DNA of 64,000 bases from a bacterium (lineage in GTDB: Bacteria; UBA8248). Below the pieces are notes generated by a model that worked only from the letters and a program-made list of their open reading frames with translations, did no database searches and was not told where the DNA came from. The position numbers and the translations under genes are program-made. Positions 27,555 to 36,329 of this stretch are shown here, piece after piece. Every line of letters begins with the position of its first letter. The stretch's first letter is position 1. The DNA lies in the NCBI GenBank assembly GCA_965261085.1, contig OZ253442.1, forward strand, positions 2,816,001-2,880,000, given 5' to 3'.

Positions 27555-28936
27555 CGCCCCAAGACGTAAACCGCGATTACAACTTGATGAACGCAAAAGT
27601 CGTGACGCCCGAAGAGATTCGCCACGCCAACGTGGCTCTGCGCGACGGGCAGATTGCTTCAGTCGAAGATGGCCCTCTTCCCGGGAGAAGCGCGAAGGAG
27701 ATCGATCTCGGGGGGAAATTCCTTCTGCCGGGAGTCATCGACCCCCACGTACACCTGCGCGACATGGGGGAATCCGAAAAGGAAGACTTCACCACCGCAA
27801 CCGCCTGCGCCGCCGTCGGCGGAGTGACGACGGTGATGCAAATGCCCAACGGCATACCTGATATTCTCACGGTCGAGGATTTTCGCGAACGAAAGTCGCT
27901 CATCGAAAATCGCACGTACGCAGATATCGCCCTCTATGCCTGGGCTTGCGAGCAGAACCGAAAAGAGCTCCATCACTTCCGAGAGTTGGGCGCCATCGGA
28001 TACAAGATATTCACCGCTGTAACGGGGGCCTTCAAAGAAGATTTCGAGGATTACATTACAGTCGACATAGACAAGCTCTTCCTCCTGTTCGAAGAAATCG
28101 CGGGCTTCGATGGACAGATTGGAATCCACGCCGAATCAAATCCGATTCTCGAGCTCTTCACCGAGCGATGCAAGGAAAATATGAAACCGGACATCGACGC
28201 TTGGCGTCTGAGTCGGCCGAATTTCGCCGAGGACCTCGCGGTCTTCGATGCCCTCACCCTATCCACGGCTACGGGGGCCCGTTTGCATATTTGTCACGTC
28301 ATCGGCGCCGAGGCGGTTCAACTCATCCGCAACGCGAAGAAAAAAAATCCGAAGATCACCTCCGAAGTGGCGCCGTGCAATCTGCTCTTGTGCGACGAGG
28401 ACCTTCACGCGGTGGGTTCATGGGGAAAATTCAGCCCGCCCGTCAAGACGGCCGCCGATCGCGATGCCCTCCGTGAAGGGTTCTTGGACGGGACCATCGA
28501 CACCATGGGAACCGACCACGCCCCCCAGATAAACGAGCTGAAGAATAACGAAAATATATGGATCGCCCCTCCCGGCGGACCCGGCCTCGAAATTTTTCTG
28601 CCTTCGATGCTGAACGAAGTGAATCAAGGTCTCCTGACGCTCCCGACGCTTGTTTCACGTTTGTGCGAGGCGCCGGCGAGGATTTTCCGCCTTTTCCCGA
28701 GAAAGGGGACGATCCGTGCGGGAGCGGACGCCGATCTTGTGGTGGTCGATATGGAGCGGACCGTACTCGTCGATCCGGCGAAGGGAAAAAGCAAAGGAAA
28801 GTACACGGCCTTTGCCAACAGAACTTTTGTGGGAGCGCCGGTGATGACCTTTCTGCGCGGGGAGCTGATCGCCAAGGACGGAGATTTGGTGGTCCCACCG
28901 GGCAGCGGCCGTTTTGCTCAACCATCGCTGGATTAA
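27551..28936 (+). CDS. Cyclic amidohydrolase (dihydroorotase/allantoinase-like)
   Basis: PGVIDPHVH, GGVTTVMQMPN, YKIF, HAE, HICHV, TDHAP, KGTI..GADADL. Confidence 0.88.
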   Translation: MTPQDVNRDYNLMNAKVVTPEEIRHANVALRDGQIASVEDGPLPGRSAKEIDLGGKFLLPGVIDPHVHLRDMGESEKEDFTTATACAAVGGVTTVMQMPNGIPDILTVEDFRERKSLIENRTYADIALYAWACEQNRKELHHFRELGAIGYKIFTAVTGAFKEDFEDYITVDIDKLFLLFEEIAGFDGQIGIHAESNPILELFTERCKENMKPDIDAWRLSRPNFAEDLAVFDALTLSTATGARLHICHVIGAEAVQLIRNAKKKNPKITSEVAPCNLLLCDEDLHAVGSWGKFSPPVKTAADRDALREGFLDGTIDTMGTDHAPQINELKNNENIWIAPPGGPGLEIFLPSMLNEVNQGLLTLPTLVSRLCEAPARIFRLFPRKGTIRAGADADLVVVDMERTVLVDPAKGKSKGKYTAFANRTFVGAPVMTFLRGELIAKDGDLVVPPGSGRFAQPSLD

Positions 28937-28986
28937 GGTTGTGATTCCATTCATTCCTCCAAACAACGGAAAACCGCGGAGAAGAA

Positions 28987-30387
28987 ATGAAAGATCAGTG
29001 CCTGTTGCTTCGTGATTATTACGCCACGCCCGAGATGCGGACTATCTGGACCGAAGAGAACATGGTCCAAAAATGGCTCGACGTAGAGGCGGCCATCGCC
29101 TGGGCGCAAGGGGAAGTGAAGATGATTCCGAAATGGGCGTCCAAGGCCATCGTGCGCAGTTGCGACGTGAAGAAGGTCACTCCCCTTCTCGTCTTCCGCG
29201 AGTTCGAGAAGGCGCGCCACTGGATCGTCTCGCTGGTTCATGCTTTCACGAAGGTGGCGGGACCGGAAGGGGAATATTTCCATCTCGGAACGACGACCCA
29301 GGACATCCTGGACGGCGGTCTGACGCTGCAGATCCGCGAGTCTTACGTCCTCCTTCTCACCGAGCTTCGAGAGCTCGAATCCATCCTCGTCCGTCTGGCC
29401 CGACGTCATCGCACCACCGTCATGGCTGGTCGAACGGAGGGTCAGCAGGCCTCTCCCGTCACATACGGCCAGAAGATCGCGATTCTTTGCAGCGAGCTCC
29501 GGGATCACATCGAGCGACTCAAGGAGTGCAGCAAGCGGCTTTTTTACGCGAACGTCTCTTCTGGAACCGGCGCTCAGTCCACTTTCGTCTACCTAAGCGA
29601 CCTTCACACCACCCGGCGGCTGGAAACGTTGGTGGCCAAGCGGCTGGCGCTCCAAGTTCCCTACATCAGCATGCACCATCGGACGGACCGCTTTGCGGAA
29701 TTGCTCAACATTCTCGCGCTGATCAATTCAACACTGGGGGAAGCGGGGATGGATCTTCGCGACCTCCAGCGGACCGAAGTGGCCGAAGTGGCGGAGCCCT
29801 GGGACATCGAACACCAGCACAGCAGCAGCACCTTCCCCCACAAACGCAATCCTGAGACAAGTGAATGGCAGGAAGGACTCGCCAAGCTCTCACGGACAAA
29901 CGCACTTGCCATGATGGACGTCCAGCAACAGCACGAGCGTGACGCGAGCCGCTACGCCGTGGAATTCTCGCGAATCGCCGAGAGCTTCGGTTTGGCATCA
30001 TCCGCGGTCGCGGCGGCCAAGCGGATTTACGGCGGCCTTGTCGTCGACAAAAAAGCGATGCGGCGCAATCTCGAGCTTCAACGAGAGCTCACCATGACCG
30101 AAGCGGTTATGCTGCGCCTGTATCAGAAGACGAAGCGAAAGGCCGAAGCGCATACCATCTGCCATGACGCCGCCCAGCAGGCGAGGGAAGAGGGACGCTC
30201 GGTGAAGGAATGCCTCCTCGCGTATCCGGTCGCGCGAAAGCACCTCACCGCCGAGGAAATCGACGAAGTCACAAAACCGGAAAACTACATCGGCACCTGC
30301 CCGCAGCAAGTAGACCGGGCGCTGAGGCGAATCGCTCAACTCAGGCGCTCGGACGGGCGGTACCTGCGGATGGGAAAGAAGGGATGA
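28987..30387 (+). CDS. Adenylosuccinate lyase-like protein (fumarase/aspartase superfamily) with an atypical active site
   Basis: HLGTTTQDI, GRTEGQQA, SSSTFPHKRNP, HERD. Confidence 0.85.
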   Translation: MKDQCLLLRDYYATPEMRTIWTEENMVQKWLDVEAAIAWAQGEVKMIPKWASKAIVRSCDVKKVTPLLVFREFEKARHWIVSLVHAFTKVAGPEGEYFHLGTTTQDILDGGLTLQIRESYVLLLTELRELESILVRLARRHRTTVMAGRTEGQQASPVTYGQKIAILCSELRDHIERLKECSKRLFYANVSSGTGAQSTFVYLSDLHTTRRLETLVAKRLALQVPYISMHHRTDRFAELLNILALINSTLGEAGMDLRDLQRTEVAEVAEPWDIEHQHSSSTFPHKRNPETSEWQEGLAKLSRTNALAMMDVQQQHERDASRYAVEFSRIAESFGLASSAVAAAKRIYGGLVVDKKAMRRNLELQRELTMTEAVMLRLYQKTKRKAEAHTICHDAAQQAREEGRSVKECLLAYPVARKHLTAEEIDEVTKPENYIGTCPQQVDRALRRIAQLRRSDGRYLRMGKKG

Positions 30388-31457
30388 GCACAGCCGATAC
30401 GATCACCTTGGCCGTCGTGGGAGACTTTTGGGTTAACCGCCCGCTCCCTCGAGATGAACCCCGCCTCGAAATGGTCCTCGATCAGCTTCGAGCGGCGGAT
30501 CTTTCGGTGTGTGTTTTAGAGATGCCGCTTTCGCAGCGGGGCGCGCCGGCCGAAAAGATCGTCCGTATGCGAGCGCCTCCGGAGCGCGCGGAAGATCTGC
30601 ATCACCTGGGGGTCGATTGCGTCACGATAGCGAACAACCACATGCTCGACTACGGTCCCGACGCCCTCCTGGACACCTTGGACATTTTGCGAAGCGAAGG
30701 AATCCCCTTCGTGGGGGCGGGCCGGGACATCGAAGAAGCGTCCCATCCGTTGGTTCTTGAGGCAAAGGGCATCCACGTGACTTTTCTTGCGTGTGCGGCC
30801 ACACTTCCTCTGGGAAGCTCGGCGGGAGAAGACAGGCCGGGCGTGAATCCACTGCACGTCTTCACGGCCTGGGTGGTCGAGTCGAGCGCACGGACCCAAG
30901 AGCAACCGGGCACTCCACCTCCCGTTATGACTTTCTCCTCCCCCGAGGACATCCAGACCCTCCAGAACGCGGTGCGCAAAGCGAAAAGTTCCTCCGATCT
31001 CGTGGTCGTCCTGCCCCACTGGGGGTTGCCGAACGTGAGCGCCCTCATGGATTACCAACGCGACGCCGGACACGCTCTCGCCGCAGCGGGCGCAGACCTC
31101 ATCGTCGGCCACCACGCGCATTGCATCCAACCGGTGGAGATGGTCGAGAGCACGCCGATTATCTACGGTGTGAGCAATTTCCTGTTTCACGAGCTTCCCG
31201 AAGGCATGTCCAGGAACGTGTACGATTTCATGTCGAAAGACGAACTCCTGGTGGAAGCCCGTCTCGGGGTGGAGGGAGTGCGCGAGCTGGCGCTCGCGCC
31301 GCTCGTTTTGAACTCGTCCGGACACCCTCGCCTCGCCGGACCGGAGGAAACGAAGCGGATCGTGGGAGAAGTTTCCGACTTGTCGGTGAAATACGGAACG
31401 GTGATCGAGTTCGCCGGCAGCCGTGGCTTGGTCAGGCTCAGGGAAAAGGCGGCCTGA
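30384..31457 (+). CDS. CapA/PgsA-family metallophosphatase-fold protein 1
   Basis: VGD, ANNHMLDYG, GAG, HWG, GHHAH, YGVSNF. Confidence 0.88.
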   Translation: MSTADTITLAVVGDFWVNRPLPRDEPRLEMVLDQLRAADLSVCVLEMPLSQRGAPAEKIVRMRAPPERAEDLHHLGVDCVTIANNHMLDYGPDALLDTLDILRSEGIPFVGAGRDIEEASHPLVLEAKGIHVTFLACAATLPLGSSAGEDRPGVNPLHVFTAWVVESSARTQEQPGTPPPVMTFSSPEDIQTLQNAVRKAKSSSDLVVVLPHWGLPNVSALMDYQRDAGHALAAAGADLIVGHHAHCIQPVEMVESTPIIYGVSNFLFHELPEGMSRNVYDFMSKDELLVEARLGVEGVRELALAPLVLNSSGHPRLAGPEETKRIVGEVSDLSVKYGTVIEFAGSRGLVRLREKAA

Positions 31458-31481
31458 TTGTTACAATAGGAGTGAGACAGG

Positions 31482-32588
31482 ATGTCCAACGAAGGGATGG
31501 TTTCCATAGCGTTGGCCGGGGACGCGTTCATCGGCAAGAAGCTTCCTCGTCCGGGAGAGCCGGGAGCGGAACCCGTGCGCGCCCTTTTCGAGCGCATGGC
31601 GGGGGCCGACGTGACGTTCATCAACCTGGAGAGCCCGTATTCCGAAAGGGGCTATCCGGCCGAGAAATACACGTTTCTGCGGTCCCATCCTTCCCTAATC
31701 GATGAGTTGGACGAGATGGGGGTGGACGTTGTCACCCTTGCTAACAATCACATGCTCGACTACGGCTACGACGCGCTTTTCGACACCCTGTCTCTTCTCG
31801 ACGCGAAGGGGGTCCGGCGCGTGGGAGCAGGCCGGAATTTGCAGGAGGCGTACGCGCCGGCCATCATTCAGAAGGCCGGGGTACGCGTGGCTTTCCTGGG
31901 CTTCGCCTCCACCCTTCCGCTCGGCTGCTCCGCGGGCGACGAGCGTCCCGGCCTCGCACCCATCCATATCTTTTCCGCTTTCGTCCTCGAGCCGAGCCCG
32001 AGAACACAGGAACAACCCGGGACGCCCCCTCCGGTGAAAACTTTTCCGCTTCAGGCCGATCTCACGCGCATGCAAAAAGTCGTGGCTGCGACGAAGCGAG
32101 AGGCGGACGTTGTGATTATCGCCGGTCATTGGGGGCTGGCAAGCCGCTACGACCTGGCGGAATACCAGACGTGTGTCGGCCGCGCGCTCGTGGATGCGGG
32201 CGCGGATGTGGTTCTGGGGCATCACTCCCACACGCTTCAGGCGGTCGAGATCTACAAAGGAAAGCCGATCCTCTACGGAGTAGGGAATTTCATCTTCCAC
32301 GAACTGCCCGATGTCGGAAACTCCGAACTGTCCTACGGTGGCGTGATGACGCCGGAACTCATTAAAACGCGCATGCCACGGGAGACGGCTCTCTTTGAAC
32401 TCACGGTCGAAAAGGATGGGGTAGCGGACTTAGGCTTCGTTCCGGTTTCGATTGACGATTCAGGCAATCCCGGCTTAGTCGAAGGCGAAAGAGCCGAAGG
32501 GGTGATCGACCTCGTGGAGAGGCTCTCGTCGGAGTTCACTACCCGAATCACTCGGAAGGATGGCATGGGGAAATTCGTTCTGGGATAG
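31482..32588 (+). CDS. CapA/PgsA-family metallophosphatase-fold protein 2
   Basis: AGD, NLE, ANNHMLDYG, HWG, GHHSH, YGVGNF. Confidence 0.9.
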   Translation: MSNEGMVSIALAGDAFIGKKLPRPGEPGAEPVRALFERMAGADVTFINLESPYSERGYPAEKYTFLRSHPSLIDELDEMGVDVVTLANNHMLDYGYDALFDTLSLLDAKGVRRVGAGRNLQEAYAPAIIQKAGVRVAFLGFASTLPLGCSAGDERPGLAPIHIFSAFVLEPSPRTQEQPGTPPPVKTFPLQADLTRMQKVVAATKREADVVIIAGHWGLASRYDLAEYQTCVGRALVDAGADVVLGHHSHTLQAVEIYKGKPILYGVGNFIFHELPDVGNSELSYGGVMTPELIKTRMPRETALFELTVEKDGVADLGFVPVSIDDSGNPGLVEGERAEGVIDLVERLSSEFTTRITRKDGMGKFVLG

Positions 32589-32747
32589 AAGGCTTTCCGG
32601 GGTCTTCGCCGCATTGACCCCCACCCGGGGGAACGCACTCCAGGGGGCCGGCGGCGCATCGTCGACCCGGGCGCTTTCATCAAGAGTCGCCCTGCATCTT
32701 CCATCAGAAGAAAACGATAGTTCATTCATGAGCGATGAGGATTGGCA

Positions 32748-33536
32748 ATGGACATGGACCTGGAGGGGAAGGTTGCTCTCGTCACCGGAGGGACAAGCGG
32801 GATTGGAAAGGCGACGGTATTGGCCTTGGCGGACCAAGGCGCGAAGGTCGCCTTCTGCGGTCGGGATCAAGCCCGCCTGGACACCACCCTGAAGCTGGTC
32901 GAGGAGCGGGGCGGTGTGGGTCTCCCTCTTCGCGCGGACATCAGCGTGGAGGAGCAAGCGTCGGAGCTCGCGTCTCGTGTGGTCGAGTCTTTTGGGCGGC
33001 TAGACATCCTCGTGAACAACGCCGGACGCGCGGCGCCGAGTTCGCTTCCCTCGCTGACGCCGGCGCAGATTCGAAAGACCGTGGACACGAAGATCGTCGG
33101 TTATCTCGTGATCACGCGCGAGGCGGCGCATTTCATGAAAAAGCAACATGGCGGACGGATCATCAACATGGTCGGAGGAACCGGAAAAGAACCCCTGCCC
33201 GGCGTTCTGGGAGGAAGCACAACGAACGCAGCGCTTTTGGGCCTGAGCAAAGGACTCTCCCAAGCCCTGGCCAAAGACCATATCCTGGTGAACACGATCT
33301 GTTTGGGACAGATCGATACGCCCATGCAGGACTGGATGACAGAGCAACTCGCCAAAGAACGAGGGATATCGATCGACGAAATGCGGCGGGCCCGTGAATC
33401 ACAAATTCCCCTCGGACGATTCGGCTCTGCCGAAGAAGTGGCGGGGCTGGCGGTGTTTCTGGCGTCGGTTCACGGGAGCTACATCACGGGAGCAACGATC
33501 AACGTCGACGGCGGAAAATTCCATTCGATCTTCTGA
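32748..33536 (+). CDS. SDR family oxidoreductase
   Basis: TGGTSGIG, LVNNAG, IPLGRFG, YITG..INVDGG; no canonical YxxxK. Confidence 0.88.
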   Translation: MDMDLEGKVALVTGGTSGIGKATVLALADQGAKVAFCGRDQARLDTTLKLVEERGGVGLPLRADISVEEQASELASRVVESFGRLDILVNNAGRAAPSSLPSLTPAQIRKTVDTKIVGYLVITREAAHFMKKQHGGRIINMVGGTGKEPLPGVLGGSTTNAALLGLSKGLSQALAKDHILVNTICLGQIDTPMQDWMTEQLAKERGISIDEMRRARESQIPLGRFGSAEEVAGLAVFLASVHGSYITGATINVDGGKFHSIF

Positions 33537-33944
33537 ACATTTGCGCGCTGTAGCCGGACAATAACTATTGCCGATAGCCTGGATAATCCCTCGAGTTTCC
33601 AGCCGTTTTTTGGCCGGAATATTTCGCCCGCATAGAGGTGGTGAGGTGTTTTTGCTAACCGTGGAATCTCGATATCCCGTTGATATCGTTGGGAAACATT
33701 CATTATTCTCATTCCCGGTCGGGGTTCGCTTTCCACAAAATGAAATTAAAACGAAAGCGGAGGGATTCAAACTCCCGCGTATCCCGGTGATCCCCTGTCG
33801 CACTGTCCTTTAAAGTCCGGCCCGCAACAGCTTGCTTCAGGCTATGCTCCGGAGCCCCGCAACATCATTCAGGAACTATCGGTCCATACCTCATGACTGC
33901 GCCCGGTTCGCGCTTACGGCGCAGTCGACCACAGCGACGATGAT

Positions 33945-34010
33945 CTGCTGAGCTTGGCTTGCGGCCCGTGATCACCCAGGCATTGTCCTTGTTCGGCGAT
34001 AGAAGTAGCG
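33945..34010 (-). pseudogene. Possible tyrosine integrase micro-remnant
   Basis: Minus frame reads PNKDNAWVITGRKPSS, similar to the DNPWVI.GRKPG segment of some phage-type integrases. Very short match. Confidence 0.3.
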
Positions 34011-34112
34011 TTCGTAATTTATTCCGCTGGAAGATAGCCGCCGGAGCCTACGTCACCCCGGCCCGCCGCACAGTAAGAAACGCCGGCCGGTATGGGGGAT
34101 AACGGCGCCGCT

Positions 34113-35474
34113 TCAGGCCGCCGGCTGCCGTGCTCCTCCGCCTCTCGCGGATCGACTGCGATGACGGTATTTACCGGGCCGGCCGGTCCTGGGTTCGGGC
34201 CTGTTACGGGGCTTCCGAGTTCCGCCATCGGGTCTGCGCCTGCCGGGCTGATCCGGTGAGGCCAGCTTGGGATCGGCCGGACCGGGTTCGTCACCAATCA
34301 CCGTCAGCCGGCACTTGATCAGCTTTTCGATATCGCTCAGATAGGCCCGCTCGCTCGGATCGCAAAAGGCAATCGCCGCACCGCCCGCACCGGCACGCGC
34401 TGTCCGCCCGATTCGATGGACATAATTTTCCGGCTCGTTGGGGAGTTCGTAATTGATGACATGGCTGACGGAATCCACATCGATGCCTCGGGCCACGATA
34501 TCGGTCGCCACCAGGACCCGCGCCTGGCCGTCGCGGAATCGTTTGAGGGCGCGCTGGCGGGCGCCCTGGGATTTGTTGCCGTGGATCGCCTCGGCTGCGA
34601 CGCCGCCCTTGCCGAGCTGTTCTGCGACACGGTTGGCATGGTGCTTGGTGCGCGCAAAGACAAGCACTCGCGACATGGCGGGATCCTTGAGGATGGTGTC
34701 GAGCAAAACCCGCTTTCCGGCGGTGGCGACGTGATAAATGCTCTGCTCGACACAATCGATCGGCGTTGCCTGGGGCGTCACCTCCACCCGCACCGGATCG
34801 GTCAGGATATCAGCCGACAGCCGGGAAATTTCGCTGGGCATGGTAGCGGAAAAAAGCAACGACTGGCGAGACTTGGGCATCGCCGCCATGATCTTGCGGA
34901 CATCGTGCACAAAACCCATATCGAGCATCCGGTCGGCTTCATCGAGGACCAGGAATTCGATCGCATCGAGCCGGACATGCCGCTGCTCCATGAGATCGAG
35001 CAGCCGCCCGGGCGTCGCAATCAGAATGTCGAGCCCACGAACCAGCGCAGTGACCTGCGGCTTCTGGCTGACACCACCGAAGATCACGGTCTGACGCAGC
35101 GCGAGGTGCTTGCCGTAGGCGCGGAATTCCTCACTGATTTGGATAGCAAGCTCACGGGTCGGCGCCAGGACCAGGGCGCGCGGTTTGCGGGCTGCCTTGT
35201 TGGCGCCGTTGTGATAGCGGTTTTTGACATTGTTGCGGTTGTTACGGGTGGCGCCCTCGTCGCCGCGTGGCCGCGACAACTGCTGAAGAATGGGCAGCGC
35301 AAAAGCCGCGGTTTTGCCGGTGCCTGTCTGGGCGATACCCAGCATATCACGCCCGGCGAGAAGCTCCGGGATGGCTCGCGCCTGGATTGGCGTTGGGGTT
35401 ACGTGGTCTCTGCCGGTCAACGCACGCAGTATCGGATCGGTCAAATCGAGTTCAGAGAATTTACGAATAGTCAC
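34113..35474 (-). CDS. DEAD-box RNA helicase (RhlE-like)
   Basis: Q motif PTPIQ, AQTGTGKT, PTRELA, DEAD, SAT, ARGID, HRIGRTAR. Confidence 0.95.
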   Translation of the reverse strand: MTIRKFSELDLTDPILRALTGRDHVTPTPIQARAIPELLAGRDMLGIAQTGTGKTAAFALPILQQLSRPRGDEGATRNNRNNVKNRYHNGANKAARKPRALVLAPTRELAIQISEEFRAYGKHLALRQTVIFGGVSQKPQVTALVRGLDILIATPGRLLDLMEQRHVRLDAIEFLVLDEADRMLDMGFVHDVRKIMAAMPKSRQSLLFSATMPSEISRLSADILTDPVRVEVTPQATPIDCVEQSIYHVATAGKRVLLDTILKDPAMSRVLVFARTKHHANRVAEQLGKGGVAAEAIHGNKSQGARQRALKRFRDGQARVLVATDIVARGIDVDSVSHVINYELPNEPENYVHRIGRTARAGAGGAAIAFCDPSERAYLSDIEKLIKCRLTVIGDEPGPADPKLASPDQPGRRRPDGGTRKPRNRPEPRTGRPGKYRHRSRSARGGGARQPAA

Positions 35475-35649
35475 TCAGGTATCCTTAATATGCCATATGG
35501 CGCGGCATACGTCATAGACGCTGCCGATGCCTGGCATGTCGCCCTTACCGGGCGCGGCCAGTAGGAGAAGATTTTTTGATTATTGTTCCCGGGACGTGAT
35601 GCCGCCCGTGGGCGGCGCTTCGCGCGATCGCGAGACAATCTGCGGAGAG

Positions 35650-35678
35650 AATATGAACCCTGGGGCCGGAAAAGTCAA
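35650..35678 (-). promoter_or_regulatory. Sigma70 promoter of the DEAD-box helicase
   Basis: TTGACT-17 nt-CATATT on the minus strand. Confidence 0.5.
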
Positions 35679-35893
35679 GCAAATCAATTGTTCAGGGTCC
35701 CGCAATGCGGCTAATCGCCGCGCGCCGACGAATTCTTTCAGCTGCGTGATTGCCTCCGCCGCGCAGCGGAGAGACGGGACGAATTGTGGGACCGTTTGCG
35801 ATCTGATCATTGCCTCGGACCCAACGGTATCCTGGCCGAGATAGCTGCAGAGGGAACAGACGAGCCTATCATTGCTATCGAGTCAACCGCACC

Positions 35894-36329
35894 AGCGGCA
35901 TTTGCCCGCATTTGCCGCTAACGCGTTTTCGGCGGGATGCGCGAGAATCCCCGCGCGGATCGGTGGTCCCGTCCTTGAGCGGATTGGTCGATCCGTCCCC
36001 GCTCCAGGGGATTCGGAATAAGTGAAAATGCCATAAAATACGATAAATTCACGAGGTTTTTCGATAAATTTCTGATCAGTTATCTATATGATTTTTAATA
36101 GGTTATGGATTTCAAGGGCCGATTTTCAGCATATTTCGGCGCATGGCCGAGCATGAGTTATGTGAAATCTAGGCGGGGTATTTCTCCACCAGCCGCCTCG
36201 CGATGACCATGCGCTGAATGTCGTTGGTGCCCTCGCCCACCTGTAAGAGAATGGAGTCTCGGTAGTACCTCTCGATAGGCAACTCCTTGATATAGCCGTA
36301 TCCCCCGTGAATGTGCACGGCCGCCTCAG
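35894..36329. repeat. Direct repeat copy 2 (att-like) of 6021-6363
   Basis: Same blocks as copy 1 with two extra internal segments; includes the intact gene's 3' end. Confidence 0.9.

Noticed and set aside
27551-30387. Housekeeping pyrC and purB
   Set aside because: Located in an accessory TRAP operon, and the lyase lacks the PurB catalytic His, so gene symbols were withheld.
30384-32588. Poly-gamma-glutamate capsule locus
   Set aside because: No capB/capC/capD and no membrane anchors; the context is catabolic.
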